Shown here piece by piece: positions 49,031-59,600 of a stretch of 64,000 bases of DNA. The stretch spans positions 930,001-994,000 of the forward strand of contig OZ237747.1 of NCBI GenBank assembly GCA_965178125.1, given 5' to 3'. Position 1 is the first letter of the stretch. Every line of letters starts with the position of its first letter. Source of the stretch: Bilabrum cf. latius. Lineage: Eukaryota. The translations under genes were made by a program, and so were the position numbers. Below the pieces are notes generated by a model. That model was not told the origin of the DNA and searched no databases. It was given only the letters and a program-made list of their open reading frames with translations.

Positions 49031-52000
49031 ATGCTTCGTATCGCTGTGCTGGCCTTGGTCGCAGCTTGCGCTGCTAGGAGGACGGTAGCCCAAGGATCTG
49101 GCCCAGTGGTTCGCAGTGTCCCAGCTTACCTCTTTCTTGCAGATGTCGACGTGCTGCCCTAGTCCTTCTTGCAGGAGAGCTCGGAGGCTCATCGTCCTTT
49201 CAGGGTCGTCACGGCCCGTCCGCAGGCAAGGCCGCACGGGGCCTCACTGGTGCTGTGGTCGCGGCCCCCGGACCCAGAGCAAGCCCGAGCTCGCACCGAT
49301 GAAGGAGAAGGATCGGTAGGTACTATGGGTGGGATGAATACTTCACCATCTGGTGCGCGCCCCGGTGAGGTTCCTCTTGCCTCGCCCGGGGAAGGGCACG
49401 TGCCGTTGTTCCACGGGGCCGACCCTGAAGCATGGGTACATGCGATGTTCCAGAGATTCGGACCGATACTGGGGTATTCCATGAACGTGGGTCGGTCGGT
49501 GGCGGCTATAATGTTTCTCAACCAGGCATCTGCGTGGGCGGCACTTCATGCACTTGCAAGCATTCCTGGATAGCCACTGGGTCAAGTGCTGCTGGCCCAC
49601 GGCGCCGGGGGGCAATCAGGCCCGGGGACGGCTGTACTTGGCCGCATCATACCCGAAGCAGTATACACGTGGCTAGGAGATGGAGAAATACATGGGCAAG
49701 AGTACGTGTTCATGAAGATTGGCTTGGAAGAGTCGGGCGCCGGTGCGATCCATGTTTCTGACAACCCTCTACAGCTGGATCTCGTGGGGCAAATGTTCGA
49801 AGCAGCCGCAACGTCGCAGCCACCTGGGATGGTGTTCTAGAGGTGCCGCGGCCCGCCCAAGGGAGGCGCATGTGACGCAAGCGTGTTCTCTCTGTCAACG
49901 CTCCCGGCGGGTCAAGCCGGACCTGGCATTCAGTGCGAGCTACATCGAGTGGCTGCAGGTGAGGCCAGCACAAGCTCGATGGAAGTGGAAATGGGCAGCA
50001 TCAAAGGGGCGGGCTTTACGGCGGCGGGGGCCGCCCAGACGGCTATGAGAGCAGGCTCATCATCATCACCATCATCGTCATCATCGTCATCTGCTGCTGC
50101 TGCTGCTGCTGCGTCATCGTCGTCGTCGTCTGCACCTGCCGGGTCGTCAGACGTGTGCTTTCAGGTGCATGCGCGGTCATCGCAGGCGATGGTATCGATC
50201 GAGAACAGCGTGAAACGGCGCTAGTATAGTATTTGGGGAGATGCCGTCGAGACTAATACTCAGGTGGGAGTTGAATACTCAGGTGGGAGTTGAATGCCAT
50301 AAGCAGCAGCGGCGACAAGCGGAGCAAGCAGCAAGCGGCGCGAAAGCAAGTCAGCCTGCGCCAACGTTCTCGTTCCAAGTGGCTGGGGAGCTCATGTGCT
50401 TGCGCAATCCATTGCATGTCACCTCTGTGATCGGCTGGGCGTCATGGAGGGCAGAGCTGGGCGATGCAGTTCGCCTTGCCGAGGGGAGGCACCCACACGC
50501 GCATCTTGCCAGGACAGAAGGGCTGCAGCGTGCGCTCAAAAAGCTGGACATGTCGACGTTCAAGCCGATGGCTCCTCGTGAGAACGGGAGCGCACCTGTC
50601 ATCAATGCATTGCAACAATCGGCGTGCCGGCTATTCGTAAACCGTGTGACTGGCCCTTGCCCGTAGAATGGGTTTGAGGAGTCTTTCTCTTCTCCCGCGC
50701 CTCAGAGGTACGAGCACGCTAGCCATCTGTCGGCGGTGGCGGCTGGCTTCCGGGGGATGGGCGACAAGAAAGGCAGCACCGAGATGTTTGGGCTGGATAT
50801 AGAGAAGCACGTTGCCGATATTCCAGGTTTCCAGACGATGGACGACCGTGGTAAGGGTAAAGAGGTCAAGACAGCGATTGAGGAATAGATGCGGACAACT
50901 ACAGAGCTGCTTCGCAGGTACTCCGTGCTGCTCGATGATAGATTCATGGCCCAGCTCCGCATCGGCGTGCTGACTGCGGCACGAGCTCGGTTCAGTGCTG
51001 CGCTGGCCACACCCGAAGCTTGGACGGCGTTCTGTGCGAATGCCCCCGCTAGAGAGTTTGCTGAGATTGTCCAGAATGTGTTCGACTCATTGCTTGCCGA
51101 AGCTGATGTGAAGACTATTAAGCCCAGAGCTTCTCGCGCACACAATGCCGAAGGGGCAGGCGAGACGGGATCAGGGCAGCTGGAAGTCGTCGAGTGGGCT
51201 GCCCGGATCATCGCTAGAGCGACGAGTTTGGGCGTCGTGCTGGAGCGGACAGGGCAGGTGCAGCCATCGCGAGGAGGCAAACACGAACGGAGTGGCGCAG
51301 GTCCTGGTCAAGAAGCGAAACCACTGTCGTCTGCAGCCCAAGGCACGGCTTCATCGTCGTCCTCATCATCCGCATCCTCATCGTCCTCGTCGCCTTCGAC
51401 CTCAGCTGCATCCTACTTACCTTCCCCAACTGAAGCTGGTGGCGCGGTTGATTCCTCTGATGTTGGCGCTCAGGTCCAACTCCGGTTCGGTCCAGGGCCT
51501 GGGCTGCCCGATTCGCGTGTGGTCAGCTTCGTGCTTGACCATGAGCCGAACTCTGAGCCTGAGAGTGTCGAAGTGTCAGATACAGAGCACAGGACTAGTA
51601 CAGCCGATTTCATTCGGTAGAAGCAGCAAGATGTAGCGCGGATCAGCCAGCAGCAGCATGCTTGGTGGTGCCGCAGCCAAGACGCCAGGATGCACGTGGG
51701 AAGGTCGGTTGCGATGGATTCAGAATCAGTTGCAATGGACGGTAGCGCTGGCGGTGGCAGTCAGACGTCTGGTCTGCTTGTCAAGCGGGCCAGAGAGGCC
51801 ACGGCTGCAGGTGAGGCGGAGGGTGGCAGTGGCGCGGCGCAGTCCGCAGGGACGCCCTGGGTCAATTCACTGACGCGACTCACAGCACGGTCGTTGGCTG
51901 AGACTGGTAGTGGATCCGTCGGTGCTCATCTGCAGGATCCGCCAGCATTGGTGGGTTCGGGCGAGTCGGCGCGATCCAGCGGTGCAGGGAGCGCTGGCCT

Positions 52001-52538
52001 GCCTCAGTTCGAGGAGCAGCCGCTGCCCAAACGTAGACGCATCGACTCAGCGAAAAGTGGTTTGTGTTTTGCGGCGAACCTCCGGCGTCCACGGCCAGCC
52101 ATCGGATTGCAGTACGGCGGCAATGAGGCAGCAAGCTCAGCCATGCAGCTCTAGGTGCGGGAAGCCTTGGACCGCCAAGTCCACCGGAAGGCAGCTCAAC
52201 TGCGCAGTCATGGGGATCAGTCGCCTGGTCCTGCCAGGGGGCATGCGGAGTCGCCACACGGCCTCTTTACGAGTCATGAGCAAGGTGCAGGCATGAGGCC
52301 GTCAGATGGCGGAGCATCAGGCAGCTCATCATCTACACGGCCACGCCACAGTGAAGGGAAGCAAGCAGGCGCCAGCAGCCCGGCATCTAGGCCTGGGCGC
52401 TCTCGAATGGGATCATCTCGCGGTGCTGGGCGTGACCGGGCGGACGGGGCCTCGGATCTTGGAAGTGGCTACCTGGACGATGCAGAGGGGGGCACGAGTG
52501 GCCAAAGTGGGATGGAGTCGGGCGATGAGGATCTGTGA
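49031..52538 (+). CDS. Array gene B copy 3, apparently intact (~1160 aa): signal-peptide-like N-terminus, RRM-like segment, Ser/Ala-rich linkers; function unknown
   Basis: ATG 49031 joins ORFs 49169, 49586 and 49883, then (after removing 50264-50282) ORFs 50241, 50889, 51690 and 52155, separated only by TAG codons, to TGA 52536-52538. The RRM-like segment is AMFQRFGPILGYSMNVGRSVAAIMFLNQASAWAALHAL. Confidence 0.6.
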
Positions 52539-53438
52539 CCTTGGGTGCACACGGCTCGCAATGCTCGAAGTGCCCCGCCTGGCTCCATTGGCGCCTGCGT
52601 CTGTAGCATCGCGCCCGACTTGCCTGTGACTGTCGATCCTTCTGTTGACGGCATCTGGATGGGGGAAACATTTACTCTCCTCGTCTGTCCACCCGTCTCC
52701 CGATTTCTCCCTGCCAGTGGGTGCCACCACCCCAGTGCAAGTGGTGCTTCTTCCTCCTCCAACTTGTCCACCTGTCTTCCCCCATCGCCTTCATATCTGC
52801 CACACCCACGACTTGATGGCTCATCCGAGCTCCCTGTCCAGTGCGCTACCTCAGCGGCCCTGCCTTGTACTCGGAGATGCAGGGCACTGCAAGCCCTCCG
52901 GAGGATCGGAGGATTTTAGCTTCAGAGATTAGATAGAGCTGGGCTAACCTTGGACTCCAGCTTCGATGGATCGATTCGTACTTTATCATTGATCCCCATG
53001 ACTCCATGCAGGCTGTATTCGTCCTTGCTGCAGAGGCGCAGAGAGGGACAGGGTCAGCAATACTTGCGAGATCACGGCATGCAAACGCCCTTCAGCCAAG
53101 AGCTTCGATCGTGAGTTTGCCCCCTTGTCTGAGATCAGCTTGACATGCCATGTCGATGATACCAGCGGCTGCTTTGGTACTCGCGTAGCACTCTTGCAGG
53201 AGGGTGTAGCAAGCCGCCGTTCAGTTCGCTTCTGCAATCGCTGCGGGCAAGGTCGATGTGGCCGAGCAGCAGCTGTACGAGAATGCCGCTCTTCTGGCTG
53301 GGTGGAGCGGTTGTGGCGTCTTGCTTCGGGTGCAAGTGCGCTTGACTGCACCGAATGGCGATGTGTGTAGGTTGATAGTGAGAAACAAGCTGTAGACTGA
53401 GTGGATCGCTTTCCGTTGCATAGATTGGCTGCATCCGT

Positions 53439-54518
53439 ATGTTGTGGAATGTGATATCCATGCACTCAGGTACACTCATGTCTGGAATGCATCGTGGCAT
53501 GCGACAGTGTTGGGCTGCTCGGCAAGCTGCTTCGACATCCATCGGCAGTTGCACACGTGAGGCATTTCAAGTTGCAAGTTGCTGCCGTCCGACCAATATC
53601 CTAGGTTTGATCCGTGCTCCATTGAATCACGATGAGTATTGGATTTGTTCTTGGTGCTTCTCGCAGCCGCTGGAATGGGCCCTTGCATTCAGCATGCGAC
53701 CGGTGGCCTGCTTCAGCCTGGAGTGCGCTTGGCATCTTCTGCTTGCGGGAGCTGGAAACGATCCGTGGCAGAAGATCGACTGGTGGAGAGCTCTCAGTGA
53801 GCCGGATAAGCCTTCGAATCCTTGGTATGTGGCAGGGCATGATGCGGGATATTTCGGCAACCCTTCTGGAGCTGCCTTGCTGCTGCGTTGGGGCCAAGAT
53901 CAATGGAGGCAGGCAGTGGATAAGTTCCCTGGGACTAAAACGTGGTCCAATGGTTTATCTTATGGATTGCATTGTAGGATTGGTGATGACGATGACACTG
54001 AAATCTGTCGCAAGGATTTCGAAGATCGTGGCTTGGGGCATTTGCTCGCTGCAAGGATCAAGGACAACCCGCGCCACATCCTGCGGAGGCTCTTCGAGAT
54101 CGCACCTGACGGCGTGCTGGATCCTGTGAAAGGCCTGGATCCTCGCCGGGCCGATGCAGTCATCCGCTGGAGGCGGGCCCATGAGGCCCACAGGGACGCA
54201 AGCATGGTGTTCCGGGCGGCGAGCGAGGGCAGGCCCATGGAGCTGGAGAAGAGGCTGAGGCTGGGCAAGCTGGCGGGTGGGCTGACCCGGACGGGCCGTG
54301 TGGGGTCTGGTGCATGGGGAGCAGCAGCGGTGCGGCTGCTGAGTCCAATGGAGGCGGCTCGTGTGGGGGGTCATGGGAGGTGTGTGGCTGTGCTGTAGGA
54401 GGCGTGGGAGGGGCAGGCGACTGGCAGTGAGGGTGCTTGTGAAGGAAGGGGTGGGGCTGGGTCAGGGGGTGCGGCAGTGTCGAACTCGCTGATGCGGCTG
54501 GGTCAGACCACGAAATGA
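53439..54518 (+). CDS. Array gene A2 copy 8
   Basis: Paralogue closest to copy 1, with a 6-bp insertion (FQVASCC). Confidence 0.55.
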
Positions 54519-55728
54519 GTCGGATTTGAGTGCGTATTCGATTAGGAAGCTGTTCGGCCACATGCGGCGGCAGAAAGGAGCGGCATGCGTTCCTGCCCGC
54601 ATGCTGTTGCCGCGGAGTGCTGCATCCGTGCTTCGGGCCTGTGTTGAGATAGTCTGTCGGCGGTTGCAGCCGCTGGAATCGACAACTGCAGTGCGAACAG
54701 CATCTTGAGCACGTGAGAGAGGTTGCAGTCCGTTTGCGGGATGTACGCTTGTTGACTTCGTTCAGAATCAGTTGCAATGGACGGCAGCGCTGGTAGTGGC
54801 AGTCAGCCGTCTGGTCTGCTTGTCAAGCGGGCCAGAGAGGCCACGGCTGCAGGTGAGGCGGAGAGTGGCAGTGGCGCGGCGCAGTCCGCAGGGACGCCCT
54901 CGGGCAATTCACTGACGCGACTCACAGCACGGTCGTTCCCCGAGACTGGCAGTGGATCCGTGGGTGCTTATCTGCAGGATCCGCGAGCATTGGTGGGTTC
55001 GGGTGAGTCGGCGCGATCCAGCGGTGCAAGGAGCGCTGGCCTGCCTCAGTTCGAGGAGCAGCCGCCGCCCAAACGGGGACGCATCGACTCAGAGAAGAGT
55101 GGTTTGTGTTTTGCGGCGAACCTCCGGCGTCCACGGCCAGCCATCGGGTTGCAGTACGGCGGCAATGAGGCAGCAAGCTCAGCCATGCAGCTCTAGGTGC
55201 GGGAAGCCTTGGACCGCCAAGTCCACCGGAAGGCAGCTCAACTGCGCAGTCATGGGGAGCAGTCGTCTGGTCCTGCCAGGGGGCATGTGGAGTCGCCACA
55301 CGGCCTCCTTGCGAGTCATGCACAAGGTGCAGGCATGAGGCCGTCAGATGGCGGAGCATCAGGCAGCTCATCATCTGCACGGCCACGCCACAGTGAAGGG
55401 AAGCAAGCAGGCGCCAGCAGCCCGGCATCTAGGCCTGGGCGCTCTCGAATGGGATCGTCTTGCGGTGCTGGGCGTGACCGGGCGGACGGGGCCTCGGATC
55501 TTGGAAGTGGCTACCTGGACGATGCAGAGGGGGGCACGAGTGGCCAAAGTGGGATGGAGTCGGGCGATGAGGATCTGTGACCTTGGGTGCACACGGCTCG
55601 TAATGCTCGAAGTGCCTTGCCTGGCTCCATTGGCGCCTGCGTCTGTAGCATCGCGCCCGACTTGCCTGTGACTGTCGATCCTTCTGTTGACGGCATCTGG
55701 ATGGAGGAAACGCTTACTCTCCTCGTCT

Positions 55729-55975
55729 GTCCACCCGTCTCCCGATTTCTCCCTGCCAGTGGGTGCCACCACCCCAGTGCAAGTGGTGCTTCTTCCTCCT
55801 CCACCATGTCCACCCGTCTCCCGATTTCTCCCTGCCAGTGGGTGCCACCACCCCAGTGCTAGTGGTGCTTTCTTTTCCTCCTCCACCTTGTCCACCCGTC
55901 TCCCGATTTCTCCCTGCCAGTGGGTGCCACCACCCCAGTGCTTCCTTTTCCTCCTCCACTTTGTCCACCCGTCTT
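55729..55975 (+). repeat. Second 3-copy expansion of the same ~79-bp unit
   Basis: gtccacccgtctcccg starts at about 55729, 55808 and 55890 (periods 79, 82 and 73 bp). Confidence 0.85.
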
Positions 55976-56611
55976 ACCCCATCGCCTTCATATCTGCCAC
56001 GCCCACGACTTGATGGCTCATCCGAGCTCCCTGCCCAGTGCGCTACCTCAGCGGCTCTGCCTTGCACTCGGAGATGCAGGGCACTGCAAGCCCTCCGGAG
56101 GATCGGAGGATTTCAGCGGATCAGACTAGATAGAGCTGGGCTAACCTTGGACTCCAGCTTCGATGGATCGATTCGTACTTTATCATTGATCCCCATGACT
56201 CCATGCAGGCTGTATTCGTCCTTGCTGCAGAGGCGCAGAGAGGGACAGGGTCAGCAATACTTGCGAGATCACGGCATGCAAACGCCCTTCAGCCAAGAGC
56301 TTCGATCGTGAGTTTGCCCCATTGTCTGAGATCAGCTTGACATGCCATGTCGATGATACCAGCGGCTGCTCTGGCACTCGCGTAGCACTCTCGCAGGAGG
56401 GTGTAGCAAGCCGCCGTTCAGTTCGCTTCTGCAATCGCTGCGGGCAAGGTCGATGTGGCCGAGCAGCAGCTGGTCAGGCCTTGTGCGACCGCCCGCTTGC
56501 GGAGCAGCTGATGTCCTGCGACTTCGTTTGCAGTGTGACGATTGCGTCAATCAGTCCGCCATCAGCAACGCATCGGTGCAGAAGCACTTCCTCGGCCAAA
56601 ACTACAACAAG

Positions 56612-59600
56612 ATGCTAGCTTTGATTCTCATCGTTGCATGGATGGTAACTTTAATGCATGTATCGGCCGATGATAATCTTGATGCCGGAACACTTCGTGG
56701 TGCAAGGGTCCAACTCGGCAGCTTGCCAATGACTCATTGGAACCGAAGTCAACCAGCAAAGCAACGCAAAGTAAGTTATCACTCGGATCATCCGGCGAGC
56801 AAAATCAATTGCAATCGAGAGATTAAGCGCCGTGCGAAAAGTTGTGATTGATTCAGCGCCAATTTCTGCATCTTGAGGCCGCCAATCCCGAGCCCATCAG
56901 CAGGTACAACGCTTGTGCAACTGCCACTATTTGTCCTGTTCTATCCAGGGGCTTCTTTACCGCATGTACTATTCAATCTTTGCCATATATCTCCAGCAGC
57001 TTTCGTCCGCGGCCGCCAGGTACAATGGGACCGTCCGCGCGTGGACCCACCTATCAGGCACCCATGGCACTCTCCCTTCCGTCTCTCTCACGGCCTATGA
57101 CGATTTTGCCGAGGCGGTGGCATACTTGGGAGATATCAACTCAGATGGATACCCAGACATTGCTGTTGGTGCACGGGAGGACGACGATGGCGGCGACGAC
57201 CGCGGGGCCGTCTGGATCCTGTTCCTGAACCAGCAAGGGGCCCTCAGTGCGGCATAGAAGATCAGCGACACGCAGGGAGGCTTCACTGGCGAGCTATCTA
57301 ATCATGTTTGGTTCGGTTGCGCGCTGGTGGCCCTCCCTGACATGGACTCGGACAGCGTGCCGGAGCTGGCGGTGGGCGCACGGGCTGACAACGACGGTGG
57401 GGCCAACAGAGGCGCAGTGTGGATATTATTCTTGCGCTCTGCTGGAACTGTAAAGTCGCACTAGAAGATATCGAGCACCCAAGGAGGATTCGGTGGGACG
57501 CTGTCACTCGGTGACTACTTCGGAGCTTCTCTAGCCCTTTTGCCTGACCTGGACTCAGACGGGATCCGGGAGCTGGCTGTCGGTGCTGTGCGAGCGAACA
57601 ACCTCAAGGGCACGGTGTGGGTGGTATTTCTGAATGCCGCCGGAACGGTCAAGGCCCAGACAGAAATCACTCAGAACACGGGTGGGTTCACTGGTGCTGT
57701 AGAGATATCTGACTGGTTCACGTGGTCCTTGGCCGCCTCAGATGCTGCTGTCGTGGGACCCAACGGAGCAGGTGCCCTGACGACCCTTGCTGTGGGTACT
57801 CCGAGTGACGACAGCAGTTTGGGAGGGTATGATCAGGGCGCAGTTTGGCTCTTGTCGCTGTCCAGCAGCGGCGCTGTGGTTGCTGGGCCGTCTGCACAGG
57901 TCAAGATTTCCTCTACGACCCCGGGCATGGAGGGCCAGCTGCAGAACGGCGACTATTTCGGCAGGTCTGTGATGTGGCTGCCTGACCTGAACGGAGACGC
58001 CCGGCAGGAGCTCGTGATTGGCGGTCCGGACGCTGACCTTGGAGGCTTGTCCACATCTGGCGCACTGTGGGTGCTCGGCCTGTCAGCCACTGGAAGCATT
58101 AGCTCCCTGCAGAGGATCGGCGGCGCTGGAGGAGGCGGGCACGGATTTCTGCACCCAGATAGTCGCTTGGGAACTTCTCTTGCCGTGCATCCCGGTAGCT
58201 CGTCCTACCCCGATTCCTCGCCGTGGAGACACCCCGTCGTGTTTGCAGGCATGCCGGCAATCGGAACCAACACCATACAAGACACGGGGCATGTATGGCT
58301 GTTGCAGCTCGTTGCTGTGCCAGAAAGCGCCTTGGAACCTGCGACAGTCATCACGGGCAGCAAGATCAGTGACACGCAGGGAAACTTCACCGGTGGCATG
58401 CAGAACCAGGAGTACTTCGGGAGTGCGGTCGCCTCTATCCCAGACATCGATGGCAACGGTCAGGGCGATATCGCTGTTGGATCACCGTACCGTGACCGCG
58501 GAGGATTCAGCTAGACGGGCGTCGTTTGGGTCTTGTTTCTGTAGTCGGACGCGGACGGAGGTCCGGGCCAGGTCCTGGGGCACCAAGAGATCGAATCGGG
58601 CCAAGGCGGGTTTCCGGGTACCCTGCAGTACAACGACTGGTTCGGCAGCGCCGTTTCCTGGGTACCTGGCGTGACGGATGCCGCCGGTGCTTCTGTGGGG
58701 GAAGGCGCCCTGGCTGTGGGGGCACCTGGTGACAGCGGGCCCAGTGGTGGCGACCGGCACGGCGCAGTCTATTTGCTCTTCCTACGCGCCGACGGGTGGG
58801 TCCTCTCGCACCTCAAGATCTCGCCGCAGAATCCCGAGAGCGGCTTCACTGGAACTCTTCAAAACGTTGACATATTCGGTGCGGATCTTGCAGCCATGCC
58901 GGGGCTGTTGCAAGCCGCAGGTGGGTCCGACTCATAGGTGCCCTACCTCGCGGTAGGCGCACCTGGTGACAATGACGGCGGTACCGATCGAGGAGCAGTG
59001 TGGCTTCTACAGCTGTAGACTGTCGGTGGTGCAGTGGTATCCCACCGCAAGATAAGTGACTCTGCGTCGAATGGCATGCTGAACCAGCTCGACGACGCAA
59101 ACAGCTTTGGGTTCGGCCTGTGCAGCATGGGAGATATTGATGGAAACGGTGCTCAAGACCTGGCTGTTGGCGCACCATTCCGGGAGGACATCGCCGGAGG
59201 CGTGAATTAGGGTGGAGTGTGGGTGATGTTGATCTCACCCACGAGCAGCTAGGCGATCCAGTCGCGGGAATACATTGGCGTTGGGAGCCCGCACGGGCCT
59301 CTAGAGCTGGACGATTGGGCGGAGTTTGGCAAGGCCCTCACCTTGCTGCCTGATCTTGATGCAGACGGGGTGCCAGAACTCGCAATTGGAGCCAACGGAG
59401 ACAGTGATGGAGGGTAGTACACGGGGGCCGTGTGGCTTGCCTTTTTGGCGACAACGGGGGCTCCCAAGCAGCAGGTCACCAAGCTGTCCAGCACAAGTGG
59501 CAGAATGACGGGAATCGTGGATCCGCAGGTTGGATCGCGATTTGGTGATGCACTCGCGGTGCTGTCAGGTACGTCGGATGGTGAATGGTCTTCGCCTTGG

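Larger units (their letters stand above)
21383..56472 (+). repeat. 35-kb head-to-tail tandem gene array (9 units; long ~5.9-6.3 kb and short ~3.04-3.16 kb types)
   Basis: The anchor ATGGACGG(C/T)AGCGCT recurs at 24121, 27157, 33050, 36208 (ACG variant), 39247, 45416, 51735 and 54777, with spacings of 3036, 5893, 3158, 3039, 6169, 6319 and 3042 bp. The first unit is 5'-truncated and the last is 3'-truncated. Confidence 0.95.

Noticed and set aside
21383-56472. Array as a transposon, retroelement or endogenous virophage/Polinton cluster
   Set aside because: I recognised no transposase, reverse transcriptase, integrase, packaging ATPase or capsid motifs and no terminal repeats, and the GC content looks like that of host genes. 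A remote-homology search is still needed to exclude this fully.
21383-56472. Array as a pure assembly artefact
   Set aside because: Copies differ by many substitutions, distinct indels and distinct junctions; the exact copy number still needs read support.
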